This document shows, piece after piece, positions 1-9,660 of a stretch of DNA of 64,000 nt (its first letter is position 1; the number at the start of each line of letters is the position of its first letter). The notes beneath the pieces were generated by a model that searched no databases, was not told the origin of the DNA, and saw only the letters and a list, made by a program, of their open reading frames with translations. This stretch comes from Vulcanimicrobiota bacterium. GTDB taxonomy: Bacteria > Vulcanimicrobiota > Xenobia > Xenobiales > JADMJV01. The stretch lies in the NCBI GenBank assembly GCA_050250895.1, contig JBFWNU010000009.1, positions 166,488-230,487 of the forward strand, in the 5' to 3' direction. Both the position numbers and the translations under genes were made by a program.

Positions 1-1
1 C

Positions 2-394
2 TACGACCGTCCCTTCCAGTGGGGCTCCAAGCGCACCGGTCCCGACCTGCACCGAGTAGGCGGCAAATACCCCGACTCGTGGCACTACCTGCACATGCAG
101 AACCCGCGCAATATCAGCCCGGGTTCGATCATGCCGAACTATCCGTGGCTTGCCACCAACAAGCTCGACACCAGCTTGACCGTCAAGAAGATGCAGACCC
201 TGGCCCGACTGGGGACTCCTTATCCGCAGGAGGACCTCGACAACGCTCAGGCCTTGCTCAACGAACAGGCTCAGGCTATCGTCGAACGTCTCAAGGCCGA
301 CAAGGTCGACCAGGCCGAAGCCGACCAGGAGATGATCGCCCTGATTGCCTATCTGCAGCGACTGGGCAGCGACATCGGTTGGAGGAACAAATAA
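2..394 (+). CDS. ccoO: cbb3-type cytochrome c oxidase subunit II, C-terminal part (5' end outside window; may be a CcoNO fusion)
   Basis: Frame from position 2 reads YDRPFQWGSKRTGPDLHRVGGKYPDSWHYLHMQNPR...PGSIMPNYPWL...ALIAYLQRLG, the CcoO signature. Confidence 0.95.
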   Translation, partial: YDRPFQWGSKRTGPDLHRVGGKYPDSWHYLHMQNPRNISPGSIMPNYPWLATNKLDTSLTVKKMQTLARLGTPYPQEDLDNAQALLNEQAQAIVERLKADKVDQAEADQEMIALIAYLQRLGSDIGWRNK

Positions 395-549
395 TGGAAC
401 CTCTACCCTATCTCGACGTCATCAAGCAAGTCGTGACCGTGATGTTCAGCCTGTGCTTTACCGCCATCGTCCTGTGGACGATGTCCAGGGCCGGGGCCGA
501 AGCCGAGAACGACCGAAACCTGCCCTTCCTGGAGGATCACCATGGCTAA
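394..549 (+). CDS. ccoQ: cbb3-type oxidase small subunit CcoQ
   Basis: 51-aa ORF with one TM segment ending NLPFLED; GGAGG upstream; lies between ccoO and ccoP. Confidence 0.8.
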   Translation: MEPLPYLDVIKQVVTVMFSLCFTAIVLWTMSRAGAEAENDRNLPFLEDHHG

Positions 550-1048
550 ACTACTCGACCACGAAGTGGACGGAATTCAGGAATTCGACAACCCCCCTCC
601 GGCCTGGTTGGTGTGGCTGTTCAACTTCACCATCATCTTCTCGGTCATCTACGTGATCGTCTATCCGAGTACGTGGTTCTGGCAGGGCACGACCCAATGG
701 ACTTCGGGCCAACAGTACGAGAACCAGATGGCCCAGGCGCAGGAAATCTACGCTTCGGCCCAACCGGCCTCGATGCCGACCGACGGCCTGCCCACCGACC
801 CGGCCGCCCTGGAATTGGGTGCCCAGGTCTACAAGCTGCGCTGCGCACCCTGCCACGGCGATAACGCCGAAGGCAAGGTCGGGCCGAATTTGACCGACAG
901 CGAGTGGATCTATGGCAAAGAGCCCAATGATCTGGTCGAGACCATCACCAACGGCCGACCCAAAGGGATGCCGCCCTGGGGCAAAGTCCTCAGTCACGAA
1001 GAGGTCCTGCAGGTCGCCGGCTATGTAACCACTTTGGGAGGAGAGTAA
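542..1048 (+). CDS. ccoP: cbb3-type oxidase subunit III, short single-haem form
   Basis: N-terminal DHEVDGIQEFDNPPPAW (FixP_N motif), TM helix, one CAPCH haem motif, GPNLTD and GMPPW. Confidence 0.92.
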   Translation: MAKLLDHEVDGIQEFDNPPPAWLVWLFNFTIIFSVIYVIVYPSTWFWQGTTQWTSGQQYENQMAQAQEIYASAQPASMPTDGLPTDPAALELGAQVYKLRCAPCHGDNAEGKVGPNLTDSEWIYGKEPNDLVETITNGRPKGMPPWGKVLSHEEVLQVAGYVTTLGGE

Positions 1049-1051
1049 GTC

Positions 1052-1183
1052 ATGCTTGAGCAGATTTTGCACACCGAAGTCGGTTTTTACGGAGTGGCTG
1101 GTCTGATCTTGACGGTGCTGGTCGGCATCTGGCTCCACGCCTGGATCGTCAAGGAGATGGCCAAAGGAGATAGCGATGAGTAA
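1052..1183 (+). CDS. small single-TM membrane protein (DUF3149-like)
   Basis: Own translation: MLEQILHTEVGFYGVAGLILTVLVGIWLHAWIVKEMAKGDSDE (43 aa); fills the gap between ccoP and ccoG; absent from the ORF track. Confidence 0.7.
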   Translation: MLEQILHTEVGFYGVAGLILTVLVGIWLHAWIVKEMAKGDSDE

Positions 1184-2504
1184 GGTTTACCCACGAAATA
1201 GCCCGGGCCGCTTCCGCAATCTGCGGAACGTCGTCAGTGTGATGCTGCAGTCCATTCTGTTCATCACGCCCTGGCTGATGTGGGGGGGGCGTCAAGCCTT
1301 TCTAATGGATGTTCCGGCCCGGAAACTCCACCTGTTGCACTGGACTTTCTGGCCCCAGGAGACCTATTTCATCTTGCTGCTGCTGATCTCGGCAGCCCTG
1401 ACCCTGTTCCTGGTGACCTCACTGTTTGGCCGCGTCTGGTGTGGCTATGCTTGCCCCCAGACGCTGCTCAGCCAGGCCTTCATCATGGTCGAGCGCTTCA
1501 CTGAAGGCGATTCCTACCAGCGGGTCCGGCTGGACGACGGCCCCTGGAATGCCAACAAGCTCTCGCGCAAAACCGTTAAATGGTCGATCTGGCTGGGCAT
1601 GAGCCTGTTCTTGGGACTGACCTTCGCCGGCTACTTCACCCCCATACGGGGGTTGGCCGCCGACCTGCTCTCGGGACACGCTCAGACCGGTAGTCTGACG
1701 GTCATCGGATTCTTCACCCTGGTGTCGCTCGCGTTCTTCGGCAACATCCGAGGCCGATTCTGCACCACGATGTGCCCCTACGCCCGTTTTCAGGGCTCGA
1801 TGTTCGATGCCAACTCGCTCATCGTGGGCTATGACGCGACCCGCGGCGAGCCGCGCGGCAAGGCCAAGGACCCGAGCGCCGGCAGCTGTGTCGACTGCAA
1901 GATGTGTACCCAGGTCTGCCCGATGGGCATCGACATTCGTGAAGGACTGCAGTTCGAATGCATCACTTGCGCTGCCTGCATCGACGCCTGCGACACGGTG
2001 ATGGACAAACTGGGTCGCGAACGGGGACTGATTCGCTACGCCAGCGAGAACGAGCTCGAGGGCAAGTCCACCGGGCGGCTAATGCGTAGCCGCCCGGTGG
2101 TTTACGCGGTGCTCTTGACCGCGTGTATATCGATCCTGGGGGTCCTCCTCTGGAGGCGCCCGCCCATCGAGGTCGACGTGATGCGCGACGGAGTCAACGG
2201 ACCGTTCACCCGCACTGCCGACGGGCGGATCGCCAATCTCTACAACTTGCGCGTCATCAACAAGCAACTTGGCAACCGAGCCTACGCCTTCGAGATCAAG
2301 GGCATCGAGGGCGCCGAGTTGATGACCAGCGAAAACCCTATGCACATCCCCGGTGAGAGCGGCGTGGTCGACAAAGTCTTCGTGGCCGTACCCGAAGACG
2401 CCGTTTCCACCATCGTTCCCATCGAGTTTCGGGTCTGGGACATCGAGCATCCTGAGCGGGTGTTCGTCAGAAAGACCACCTTTGTGGCTGGAGGAAGCCG
2501 ATGA
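1176..2504 (+). CDS. ccoG: cytochrome c oxidase accessory protein CcoG (4Fe-4S membrane protein)
   Basis: GRVWCGYACPQT, CPYARFQ, CVDCKMCTQVCPMGIDIR and ECITCAACIDAC motifs; C-terminal Ig-like region. Confidence 0.95.
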   Translation: MSKVYPRNSPGRFRNLRNVVSVMLQSILFITPWLMWGGRQAFLMDVPARKLHLLHWTFWPQETYFILLLLISAALTLFLVTSLFGRVWCGYACPQTLLSQAFIMVERFTEGDSYQRVRLDDGPWNANKLSRKTVKWSIWLGMSLFLGLTFAGYFTPIRGLAADLLSGHAQTGSLTVIGFFTLVSLAFFGNIRGRFCTTMCPYARFQGSMFDANSLIVGYDATRGEPRGKAKDPSAGSCVDCKMCTQVCPMGIDIREGLQFECITCAACIDACDTVMDKLGRERGLIRYASENELEGKSTGRLMRSRPVVYAVLLTACISILGVLLWRRPPIEVDVMRDGVNGPFTRTADGRIANLYNLRVINKQLGNRAYAFEIKGIEGAELMTSENPMHIPGESGVVDKVFVAVPEDAVSTIVPIEFRVWDIEHPERVFVRKTTFVAGGSR

Positions 2505-2977
2505 CCAAAAAGAAGTTCAATCCCTGGCCGATGGGCCTGTTCCTATCGCTGGCGCTTTTCATTACCGTCCAACTATCGGTCGTAGGCCTGGCGGCGTCGA
2601 CCTTCGAAGGCCTCGATGACGTGGAGTATTACCGCCACGGCATCGAGTACGGGCAAGAGATCCAGCGCCAGAAGATGCAGAAGGATCTCGGCTGGCAGAT
2701 CGAGTTCAACCTGAAGGAAGGCATCCCCACCCGCCGCGAGTATCCCCTGCGGGTTCGCCTGCAAGACCGCGACGGCAAGCCGGTAGTGGGCGCCAAAGCC
2801 CACCTCAAGATGGGCCGTCCGGCCACCATTCGCGACGACCAGCAGTTCGACCTCAAGGAAGTGGGCCCCGGAATCCACGAGGTCGCCATTGTTCCCGGCC
2901 CCGGCGCCTGGCGCTTCGACCTCACCGTCGAAAAGGGCGAGACCGTGGTCAAGGCCACCAAGAGGCATCGGTTTTAA
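2501..2977 (+). CDS. ccoH: FixH/CcoH family protein
   Basis: N-terminal TM, YYRHGIEY..., RPATIRDD; position between ccoG and ccoI. Confidence 0.82.
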   Translation: MTKKKFNPWPMGLFLSLALFITVQLSVVGLAASTFEGLDDVEYYRHGIEYGQEIQRQKMQKDLGWQIEFNLKEGIPTRREYPLRVRLQDRDGKPVVGAKAHLKMGRPATIRDDQQFDLKEVGPGIHEVAIVPGPGAWRFDLTVEKGETVVKATKRHRF

Positions 2978-2981
2978 CCCC

Positions 2982-5285
2982 ATGGGCGCCTGCCGTCATT
3001 GCGGCCAACCCGCCAGCGACGAGTTCTGCTGCCCCGGTTGCGCGGCCGTCTACAACACCCTCCACGACGAGGGCCTGGACGGCTTCTATGGACTGAGGGC
3101 CCAGGCCGGACCCCCGGTGGCCTGGGATGCGACCGAAGCCCCGGATTGGCAGGCTGGCGCCGACCGCTTCGAACGTAGCCTGGGTGACGGTCTGGTGCGC
3201 ACCCGCTTCGCCCTCGAGGGCCTGCATTGCGGAGCCTGTATCTGGCTCATCGAAAAGGGCCTGACCGCGGTCGAGGGGGTGCGCTCGGCCCGCGTCCACC
3301 TGGGCGACTCGTGGGCGCAGGTCGACTACCTGCCGGTGGCCGTCAGCCTGAGCGAGCTGGTGGCTCGCCTGGGGCGCCTGGGTTATCGGGCCACACCCAT
3401 GGCTCCCAACGCGCGGGCTGACCGCCGTCCCGACCTGGAACTGCTGCTCAAGATGGCGGTGGCCGGCTTCGGAGCCGGCAACATCATGATGGTGGCGGCC
3501 GCCCTCTATCTGGGCCAGTTCCAGGGCATCGAAGCCACCTTCCTAAAGTTCTTTCACTGGATCTGCCTGCTGTTGGCCACTCCGGTAGTCCTCTACTCGG
3601 GCAGCCACTTCTTCGAGGGAGCCCGCCGAGCAGTGGTGGGACGCGCCCTGACCATGGACGTGCCCATCTCGATCGGCATCCTGGTCACCTACGGCTACAG
3701 CCTGCTGTCGCTGCGCGGCGGTCAGGTCTATTTCGACTCGGTGACGGTCTTCATCTTCGTGCTGTTGATCGGACGCTATCTCGAGTCGTCTTCACGCCGG
3801 CGCCTGGGTAGCGCGGCCGAGCACCTGCTCAGCCTGCGACCCGCCTGGGCCCGGCTCAGCGACGGCAGCCAGCTTGCCGCTGACCGCCTGGAACTCGGCC
3901 ACGAACTGCTCATTGGCGCTGGCGAAATCGTGCCCACCGATTGTCGGGTCAGCCACGGCAACGCCTCGGTCGACGAGTCGATGGTGACCGGTGAATCGGT
4001 GCCGGTCTGGCGGACCGCCGGCCAACCTCTCATGGGCGGCTCGAAACTGGTCGAGGGCGAGGTTCAGGCCCGAGTCGAGGCCATTGGCGAAGACACCATT
4101 CTGGCTCGGCTGGTCGATCTGGTCGAGCAGGCTCAGGCCTCGAAGAGCCGCACCCAGACGCTGCTCGACCGGGCCGCCGGCTATTTCGTGGCCGTCACTT
4201 TGAGTCTGGCCGCCGTCACGGCCGTGTGGTGGTGGCCGGCCGGCCCCGACCGGGCTCTGATGGTGGCCGTCTCGGTCTTGATCATCACCTGTCCCTGTGC
4301 CCTGGGTCTGGCCGCCCCGATGGCTCTGTGGCAATCGGCTCGGGTGGGTCTCGAGGCTGGCGTGCTGTTTCGCGACCTCGAAGTGATTGAAGATGCGGCC
4401 CGCATTACCGATGTGGTGCTCGACAAGACGGGAACCCTCACCAGCGGCCACTTTCAGGTGAGCGCCATCGAGAGCTGGGGCATGGAACAAACCCAGGTGC
4501 TGGCGCTGGCCGCCGCCGCCAACCGACTCAGCCAGCACCCGCTGGCGGTGGCCCTGTTGCGGGCCGGCGCTCCCCACCCTGAGGTCGAGGTGGTCGAGCA
4601 ACTACCCGGACGGGGGATGGTAGCTCGCTTTGCGGGTCAGCGTCTGCTGGTGGGCAGCGCCCGTTTGCTGGAAGATTTCGGGGTCGAAACGCCGGCTCGC
4701 CAGGGTCAAACCAGCCACGTCTGGGTGGCCCTGGGCCAGCAACTCGTGGGTCTGGTCGAGCTAGAAGACAGCCTGCGCCCCGAGGCCACCGAAGTGGTGG
4801 CTGCCCTGGCCGAATACAATCTGTGGCTGGCCTCTGGCGACCGCCCTGAACCGGTGGCCCGGGCCGCCCGTCGGCTGGCCCTCGACCACGTGTTGGCCGA
4901 GGCCGGACCCGAAGCCAAGCGTCAGCTGGTCGACCGCCTTCAGGAGCGCGGAGCCCACGTGGCCTTTCTGGGTGACGGTGTCAACGACGCGCCCGCCCTG
5001 GCCGCTGCCCGCGTCGGGGTGGCCGTGGCCGGCAGCACCAGCGTGGCCACCGGCACGGCCGATGTCGTCTTGCTTCGGCCCGGCCTCGAAGGGCTCGGGT
5101 CGGCCCTCAAGCTTGCCCGTGAAACCCGGCGCCGGATGGTGGGCAACCTGACCATCTCGGCCCTCTACAACTTGCTCGCCATTCCGGCCGCGATGGCCGG
5201 CTGGGTCACCCCGCTGGGCGCGGCCGTGGCCATGCCGGTGGCCTCGTTGCTGGTGGTAGCCAACTCTCTGCGGAGGTATCGATAA
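2982..5285 (+). CDS. ccoI: copper-translocating P1B-type ATPase CcoI/FixI
   Basis: CRHCG...FCCPGC N-terminus, LHCGAC HMA motif, TGES, CPC, DKTGT, GDGVND; ATG at 2982. Confidence 0.93.
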   Translation: MGACRHCGQPASDEFCCPGCAAVYNTLHDEGLDGFYGLRAQAGPPVAWDATEAPDWQAGADRFERSLGDGLVRTRFALEGLHCGACIWLIEKGLTAVEGVRSARVHLGDSWAQVDYLPVAVSLSELVARLGRLGYRATPMAPNARADRRPDLELLLKMAVAGFGAGNIMMVAAALYLGQFQGIEATFLKFFHWICLLLATPVVLYSGSHFFEGARRAVVGRALTMDVPISIGILVTYGYSLLSLRGGQVYFDSVTVFIFVLLIGRYLESSSRRRLGSAAEHLLSLRPAWARLSDGSQLAADRLELGHELLIGAGEIVPTDCRVSHGNASVDESMVTGESVPVWRTAGQPLMGGSKLVEGEVQARVEAIGEDTILARLVDLVEQAQASKSRTQTLLDRAAGYFVAVTLSLAAVTAVWWWPAGPDRALMVAVSVLIITCPCALGLAAPMALWQSARVGLEAGVLFRDLEVIEDAARITDVVLDKTGTLTSGHFQVSAIESWGMEQTQVLALAAAANRLSQHPLAVALLRAGAPHPEVEVVEQLPGRGMVARFAGQRLLVGSARLLEDFGVETPARQGQTSHVWVALGQQLVGLVELEDSLRPEATEVVAALAEYNLWLASGDRPEPVARAARRLALDHVLAEAGPEAKRQLVDRLQERGAHVAFLGDGVNDAPALAAARVGVAVAGSTSVATGTADVVLLRPGLEGLGSALKLARETRRRMVGNLTISALYNLLAIPAAMAGWVTPLGAAVAMPVASLLVVANSLRRYR

Positions 5286-5286
5286 C

Positions 5287-5430
5287 ATGGAAATTCTCTT
5301 CTTCCTGGTGCCCATCGCCCTGGCCCTGTCCGGGGTCGGTTTAGCCTGCTTCTTCTGGGCGGTCGGTAACGGCCAGTTCGACGATCTCGAAGGCGAGGCC
5401 AACCGTCTGTTGCTGGAGGAGCGGTCATGA
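5287..5430 (+). CDS. ccoS: cbb3 oxidase maturation protein CcoS/FixS
   Basis: Own translation MEILFFLVPIALALSGVGLACFFWAVGNGQFDDLEGEANRLLLEERS carries the WAV..GQFDDLE signature. Confidence 0.92.
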   Translation: MEILFFLVPIALALSGVGLACFFWAVGNGQFDDLEGEANRLLLEERS

Positions 5431-6059
5431 TCTACTCGAGCGCCTTCCTGTTGGGCTTTCTGGGCAGTCTTCACTGCCTGGGCATGTGTGGGGGCTTCGT
5501 CCTGGGGCTGGCCCGGGGCGAGCGGTATCGCCGCCACGTCCTGGCCTTTCAACTGGGCCGCCTGTTGACCTACGCCACCCTGGGTGCGGTCATCGGGATG
5601 GTCGGCTTATCGATCAAGACGATGCTTCCCCTGTGGGGACCGCGTTTGGCCCAGGGCCTGGCCGGAGCCGCCATGTTGGCCCTGGGCAGCGCCCTGCTCA
5701 AGCCCGGCAAAGGACTGCTGCCGGCTGGCTGGGTGTCGACCTCGGGCAAGTGCCTGCTGGGCGATGACCGGTCCGAGAGTTCGGTACTGCTGGGCGTGCT
5801 GGCCGGCTTTCTGCCCTGCGGCCTTCTCTACGCCGCCCTGGCCGGGGCGCTGGCCACCGGCAATCCCGTCTATGGCGGGTTGGTCATGGCGGCCTTCTGG
5901 GCCGGCACGGCTCCGGCCCTGGTCTGGTTGGGATTCATGAAGGGGCGTTTCGGAGGCGAGCGCGGCGAGCGGCTGGCCTCGCTGGTAACGATCGCTATCG
6001 GTATGGCCACACTCTATCGGGCGGCCTTCCCTCCCCTCACCCATTCTTGCTGCCATTGA
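5427..6059 (+). CDS. DsbD_2 / TauE-SafE-like membrane protein typical of cco operons
   Basis: SLHCLGMCGG and GFLPCGLLY motifs, multiple TMs, C-terminal HSCCH. Confidence 0.88.
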   Translation: MIYSSAFLLGFLGSLHCLGMCGGFVLGLARGERYRRHVLAFQLGRLLTYATLGAVIGMVGLSIKTMLPLWGPRLAQGLAGAAMLALGSALLKPGKGLLPAGWVSTSGKCLLGDDRSESSVLLGVLAGFLPCGLLYAALAGALATGNPVYGGLVMAAFWAGTAPALVWLGFMKGRFGGERGERLASLVTIAIGMATLYRAAFPPLTHSCCH

Positions 6060-6097
6060 TCTAGATCATAGCCATCATGGTCAAAACTATGTAGCAT
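6056..6097 (+). promoter_or_regulatory. candidate FNR/CRP-family box with class II -10 element
   Basis: TTGAT-CTAG-ATCAT (6056-6069), one mismatch to TTGAT-N4-ATCAA; TAGCAT at 6092-6097 fits a box centred at -41.5. Confidence 0.45.
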
Positions 6098-6103
6098 AGC
6101 CTT

Positions 6104-6216
6104 GACAGCGGTCCACTCGTCCACCCAAGACCGCCAGCCGCCTCTGGCGACCAGGAGTCACGCTGAGTTGGTGTCACCACAGGCGGTCCGAGCCCCCTTC
6201 GCGGGGGCTCTTTTCT
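6104..6216 (+). ncRNA. candidate structured sRNA or attenuator leader
   Basis: Lies between the predicted promoter and a strong terminator; GACCGCC (6129-6135) can pair with GGCGGTC (6182-6188); no ORF. Confidence 0.35.
6190..6216 (+). terminator. Rho-independent terminator
   Basis: GAGCCCCC-TTCGC-GGGGGCTC followed by TTTTCTT. Confidence 0.85.
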
Positions 6217-6254
6217 TATGAGGGGCAAACGCTTCCGACGGCGAAGGGAGACGG

Positions 6255-7550
6255 GTGAGTGACTCCCGCATCCGCCAGATCAATCGACTACTCGAGCTCG
6301 AGCCCGAGAACAACGAGCTTCTGCTCGAACTGGCTCGCCTTTATAACAACAAAGGTGAAGACCTACAGGTCACCCGGGTGCTCGAAAAGGTGGTCTTGCA
6401 CTCGCCCAAACTGCACCAGGCAAGTTTTGACCTGGGGCTGGCCTACACTCGCATGAAGAACTTCGAGAGCGCTCTCAAAGCCTGGGAACGCATGGTCGAT
6501 AGCGACGGCGACCTTTTGCTCGAACCGATCAACCGCAAGACCGCCGGCTCGGCCATCGGCATCTGGAACAGCTTTCTGGCCCGCAGCGACGGCTCGGTCT
6601 TCACCTACTATCGAGCCGGATTGGCCCTGCTGATTCTCAAGAAGCTCGACACAGCCGCCGAGGCCTTCGAGAAGGTGGTCACCATCAACGGCGAGTTCGA
6701 GCGGGTCATCTATTACCGGGCTCGCACCCTGATGGAACTCAAACGGCCGGGCGAGGCCATCGATGGCCTCAATTGGTGGCTGGGCCGCAATCCTCAGGAC
6801 GCCTTCTGCCATTATCTGCTCGGAGCTTGTCTGCTGGCCGTGGGCCGCGACCGCAACGCGGCTGAGCACTTCAAGAAGGTGGTCGGCATCAAGCCTCGCC
6901 ATCTCAAGACTCGCCTGCGCATGGCCGAGGCCTTTCTGGGACGCGAAGCCACCGAGCCGGCTTTGCGCGTGCTCGAAGAAGCCCTCGAGGTCGATCCCAG
7001 TTGTGTCGAGGCCTTCCTGATCAAGGCCGAAGTGCTCGAGAAAGCCTTTCGCATGGACGAGGCCGTCTGGGCTCTCGAGTGCGCCCTCAAACAGAACGGC
7101 AACTCGCGCGAGGCCCACCGGGCCCTGGGCATCCTCTTTCGCAAGCTGGCCCGGAACCGCGAAGCGGTGCGCCACCTGCAAAAGGCCACCCAGCTCGACT
7201 CCGACGACGCCGAAGGCCACTACTATCTGGGCATGGTGCTGGCCGATCTCAAGCAATCCGACGAGGCGGTCAAGGCCCTGCACGCGGCCCATCGCCTGGC
7301 CCCCGGCGACACCTTCATCGCCTTTGCCTTGAGCCAGACCCTGCTGGAACTGGGCCAGCACGCCGAGGCGGCCGGCATCCTCGACCACCTGCTGATCAGC
7401 AAGCCCAACGACCGCAAGATGCGCATGGCCCTGGGTCAGGCCTATCTGGGAATGAAACAGCCCGAGTTGGCTCGGGCCGAGTTCAACCGGCTCTTAGAGA
7501 CCAATCCTCACGATGATGCCGTGCTCAAGCTACTCGACCACTGCCGCTAA
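6255..7550 (+). CDS. tetratricopeptide repeat protein
   Basis: Repeated TPR-type helices (AEGHYYLGMVL, AHRALGILF, ALGQAYLGM). Confidence 0.9.
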   Translation: MSDSRIRQINRLLELEPENNELLLELARLYNNKGEDLQVTRVLEKVVLHSPKLHQASFDLGLAYTRMKNFESALKAWERMVDSDGDLLLEPINRKTAGSAIGIWNSFLARSDGSVFTYYRAGLALLILKKLDTAAEAFEKVVTINGEFERVIYYRARTLMELKRPGEAIDGLNWWLGRNPQDAFCHYLLGACLLAVGRDRNAAEHFKKVVGIKPRHLKTRLRMAEAFLGREATEPALRVLEEALEVDPSCVEAFLIKAEVLEKAFRMDEAVWALECALKQNGNSREAHRALGILFRKLARNREAVRHLQKATQLDSDDAEGHYYLGMVLADLKQSDEAVKALHAAHRLAPGDTFIAFALSQTLLELGQHAEAAGILDHLLISKPNDRKMRMALGQAYLGMKQPELARAEFNRLLETNPHDDAVLKLLDHCR

Positions 7551-7553
7551 TCC

Positions 7554-8477
7554 ATGTCCGTATTAAGCTCGCTACGCAATAACCTCGAGCAGGTCATTCT
7601 GGGCAAGCCGGCGGCTGTCGAGCACCTGCTGGTGGCCCTGGTGGCGGGTGGCCATGTGCTGATGGAAGACGTGCCCGGAGTGGGCAAGACCACCCTGGCC
7701 CGGGCCCTGGCCCAAACCATCGCCGGCGAATTCGCCCGCATTCAGTTCACTCCCGACCTGCTGCCGGCCGACGTGCTGGGCGTCTCGGTCTATAACGCCG
7801 CCGGCGGCACTTTCGACTTCAAGAAGGGACCGGTGTTCGCCAACATCTTGCTGGCCGACGAGATCAACCGCGCCTCTCCCCGCACCCAATCGGCCCTGCT
7901 GCAAGCCATGAGCGAGGCCCAGGCCACCGTCGACGGGACTACTTACGACCTGCCCTCGCCCTTCATGGTGCTGGCCACCCAGAACCCCATCGAGTTCCAC
8001 GGCACCTATCCCCTGCCCGAGGCGCAACTGGACCGTTTCTTGCTGCAAACCAGCCTGGGCTATCCCGATCCCGAGACCGAGGTCGAGGTGCTCTTTGGCC
8101 AGGCCCAACAGCACCCTCTCGAGCGTCTGCAGGCCGTGGTCGATACCACCCAGGTGCTGGAGCTGCAGGCCCAGGCCCGCCAGATCACGGTGGAGCGCTC
8201 GGTGGCCCGCTACATGGTCGACCTGGTCGAGGCCAGCCGACGCCACTCGGCCCTGTCGGTGGGAGCCAGCCCGCGCGGCAGTCTGGCCCTCTTCCGCTGC
8301 TGCCGAGCCCGGGCCCTCATCGACGGCCGCGACTATTGCCAGCCCGATGACGTCAAGGCTTTGGCCGAGGTGGTGTTGGCCCACCGCCTGGTGCTCGATG
8401 TCAAAGCCCGTTACGCCGGCACCACCGCGGCCGACGTGGTGGGCGAACTGCTGGCCCAGGTGGCTCCGCCCACGTGA
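7554..8477 (+). CDS. moxR: MoxR family AAA+ ATPase
   Basis: EDVPGVGKT, RIQFTPDLLPAD, LADEINRASPRTQSALL, TQNPIE..GTYPLPEAQLDRF. Confidence 0.95.
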   Translation: MSVLSSLRNNLEQVILGKPAAVEHLLVALVAGGHVLMEDVPGVGKTTLARALAQTIAGEFARIQFTPDLLPADVLGVSVYNAAGGTFDFKKGPVFANILLADEINRASPRTQSALLQAMSEAQATVDGTTYDLPSPFMVLATQNPIEFHGTYPLPEAQLDRFLLQTSLGYPDPETEVEVLFGQAQQHPLERLQAVVDTTQVLELQAQARQITVERSVARYMVDLVEASRRHSALSVGASPRGSLALFRCCRARALIDGRDYCQPDDVKALAEVVLAHRLVLDVKARYAGTTAADVVGELLAQVAPPT

Positions 8478-9640
8478 ACTGGCTGCGCCGGCTGACCCGC
8501 CGCTACCTCACCACCGGGGGTCGCATTTTGTTGGGGGCAGCCGCGGCCAGCGCCCTGGCGGGCCTGGATCCCTTTCGAACCCAGCTGGGCGGCCTGTTCG
8601 TCGTGATCGGCTCGTTAGCCGTCATCACTTTTCTCCTGGGCCTTTTCACCCGCCCGCGTCTGAGCGGCCAGTGGTCGGCCCCGGTCCGGGCCGTGGCCGG
8701 AGGCCGCTTTCGCCTCACCGTTCGCGTGCTCAACCAGGGGCGGCGACCGGCCTACGACTACGAGACCTATCTCGACCACTTGCCCGACGGGCTCAGCCAT
8801 GGCAAGGAAGCCCCCGAATCGCGCCACGACCTGCTCGAGCCCGGACATAGCCATGAGTTGCGCATCCCTGTCTGGGCCTGGCGTCGCGGGGCCTACGACC
8901 TGGGTCCGGTCTTCGTCGGCAGCACCTATCCCCTGGGCCTGTTGCGCCTGGGTCGCAAACTGGCGGGGCAACGGCGGGTGCTGGTGACTCCGCCCATCCA
9001 TCCCATCGCCCAACTCGAGTTGGCCTCGGGCCTTCGCTACCAGCCCGGGGGCGTGCCCCTGGCCAGCCAGACCGGAGAGTCGATGGAGTTCGTGGGGGTG
9101 CGCGAGTATCGCCACGGCGACAGCCTGCGCAAGTTGCACTGGAAGCTGTGGGCCCGGCGCGGCCAGCCGGTGGTGCGCGAATACAGCCAGGAATACTTTT
9201 CCCGGGTGGGGGTCATCCTCGACACCTACCGGCCCGGCGAACTCGAACCGGCCGTGGAAGTGGCCGCCTCGATCGCGGCCTATCTCGAGCGGCGTGACGC
9301 CATCGTCGACTTCTTTGCTGCCGGCGAGACCGTCTATACTCTTTCCGCCGGACGCCACGTCGGAGCCCTGCAGAGCATTCTCGATGTGCTGGCCTGCGTC
9401 ACCGCCTGCAAACAGCCCCCGTACGCCCGCCTCGAAGCCCAGCTCTCACGCATGCTGGCCGGCCTGTCGGCAGTGGTGGTGGTGACCTTCGCCCTCAATC
9501 CCGAGCGAGCCGACTTCCTCGAGCGCCTGCGAGTGCACGGCGCCCCCCTCAAAGTCATCGTGGTCGGCTCCGGCGAGTGCCCGCCCGAGGCCGTGCGCGT
9601 CAACCCGAAGGAGATGCCCGAGTGCTTGCAGCGCCTGTAA
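8474..9640 (+). CDS. DUF58 domain protein
   Basis: EFVGVREYRHGDSLRKLHWK...VVREY motif; follows moxR. Confidence 0.92.
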   Translation: MNWLRRLTRRYLTTGGRILLGAAAASALAGLDPFRTQLGGLFVVIGSLAVITFLLGLFTRPRLSGQWSAPVRAVAGGRFRLTVRVLNQGRRPAYDYETYLDHLPDGLSHGKEAPESRHDLLEPGHSHELRIPVWAWRRGAYDLGPVFVGSTYPLGLLRLGRKLAGQRRVLVTPPIHPIAQLELASGLRYQPGGVPLASQTGESMEFVGVREYRHGDSLRKLHWKLWARRGQPVVREYSQEYFSRVGVILDTYRPGELEPAVEVAASIAAYLERRDAIVDFFAAGETVYTLSAGRHVGALQSILDVLACVTACKQPPYARLEAQLSRMLAGLSAVVVVTFALNPERADFLERLRVHGAPLKVIVVGSGECPPEAVRVNPKEMPECLQRL

Positions 9641-9660
9641 ACCGCCTGCGCGGGCCCGAA

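Noticed and set aside
6104-6216. SRP RNA, tRNA or a known riboswitch
   Set aside because: No SRP domain IV motif, no cloverleaf and no recognisable aptamer consensus by eye; kept only as an unclassified candidate.
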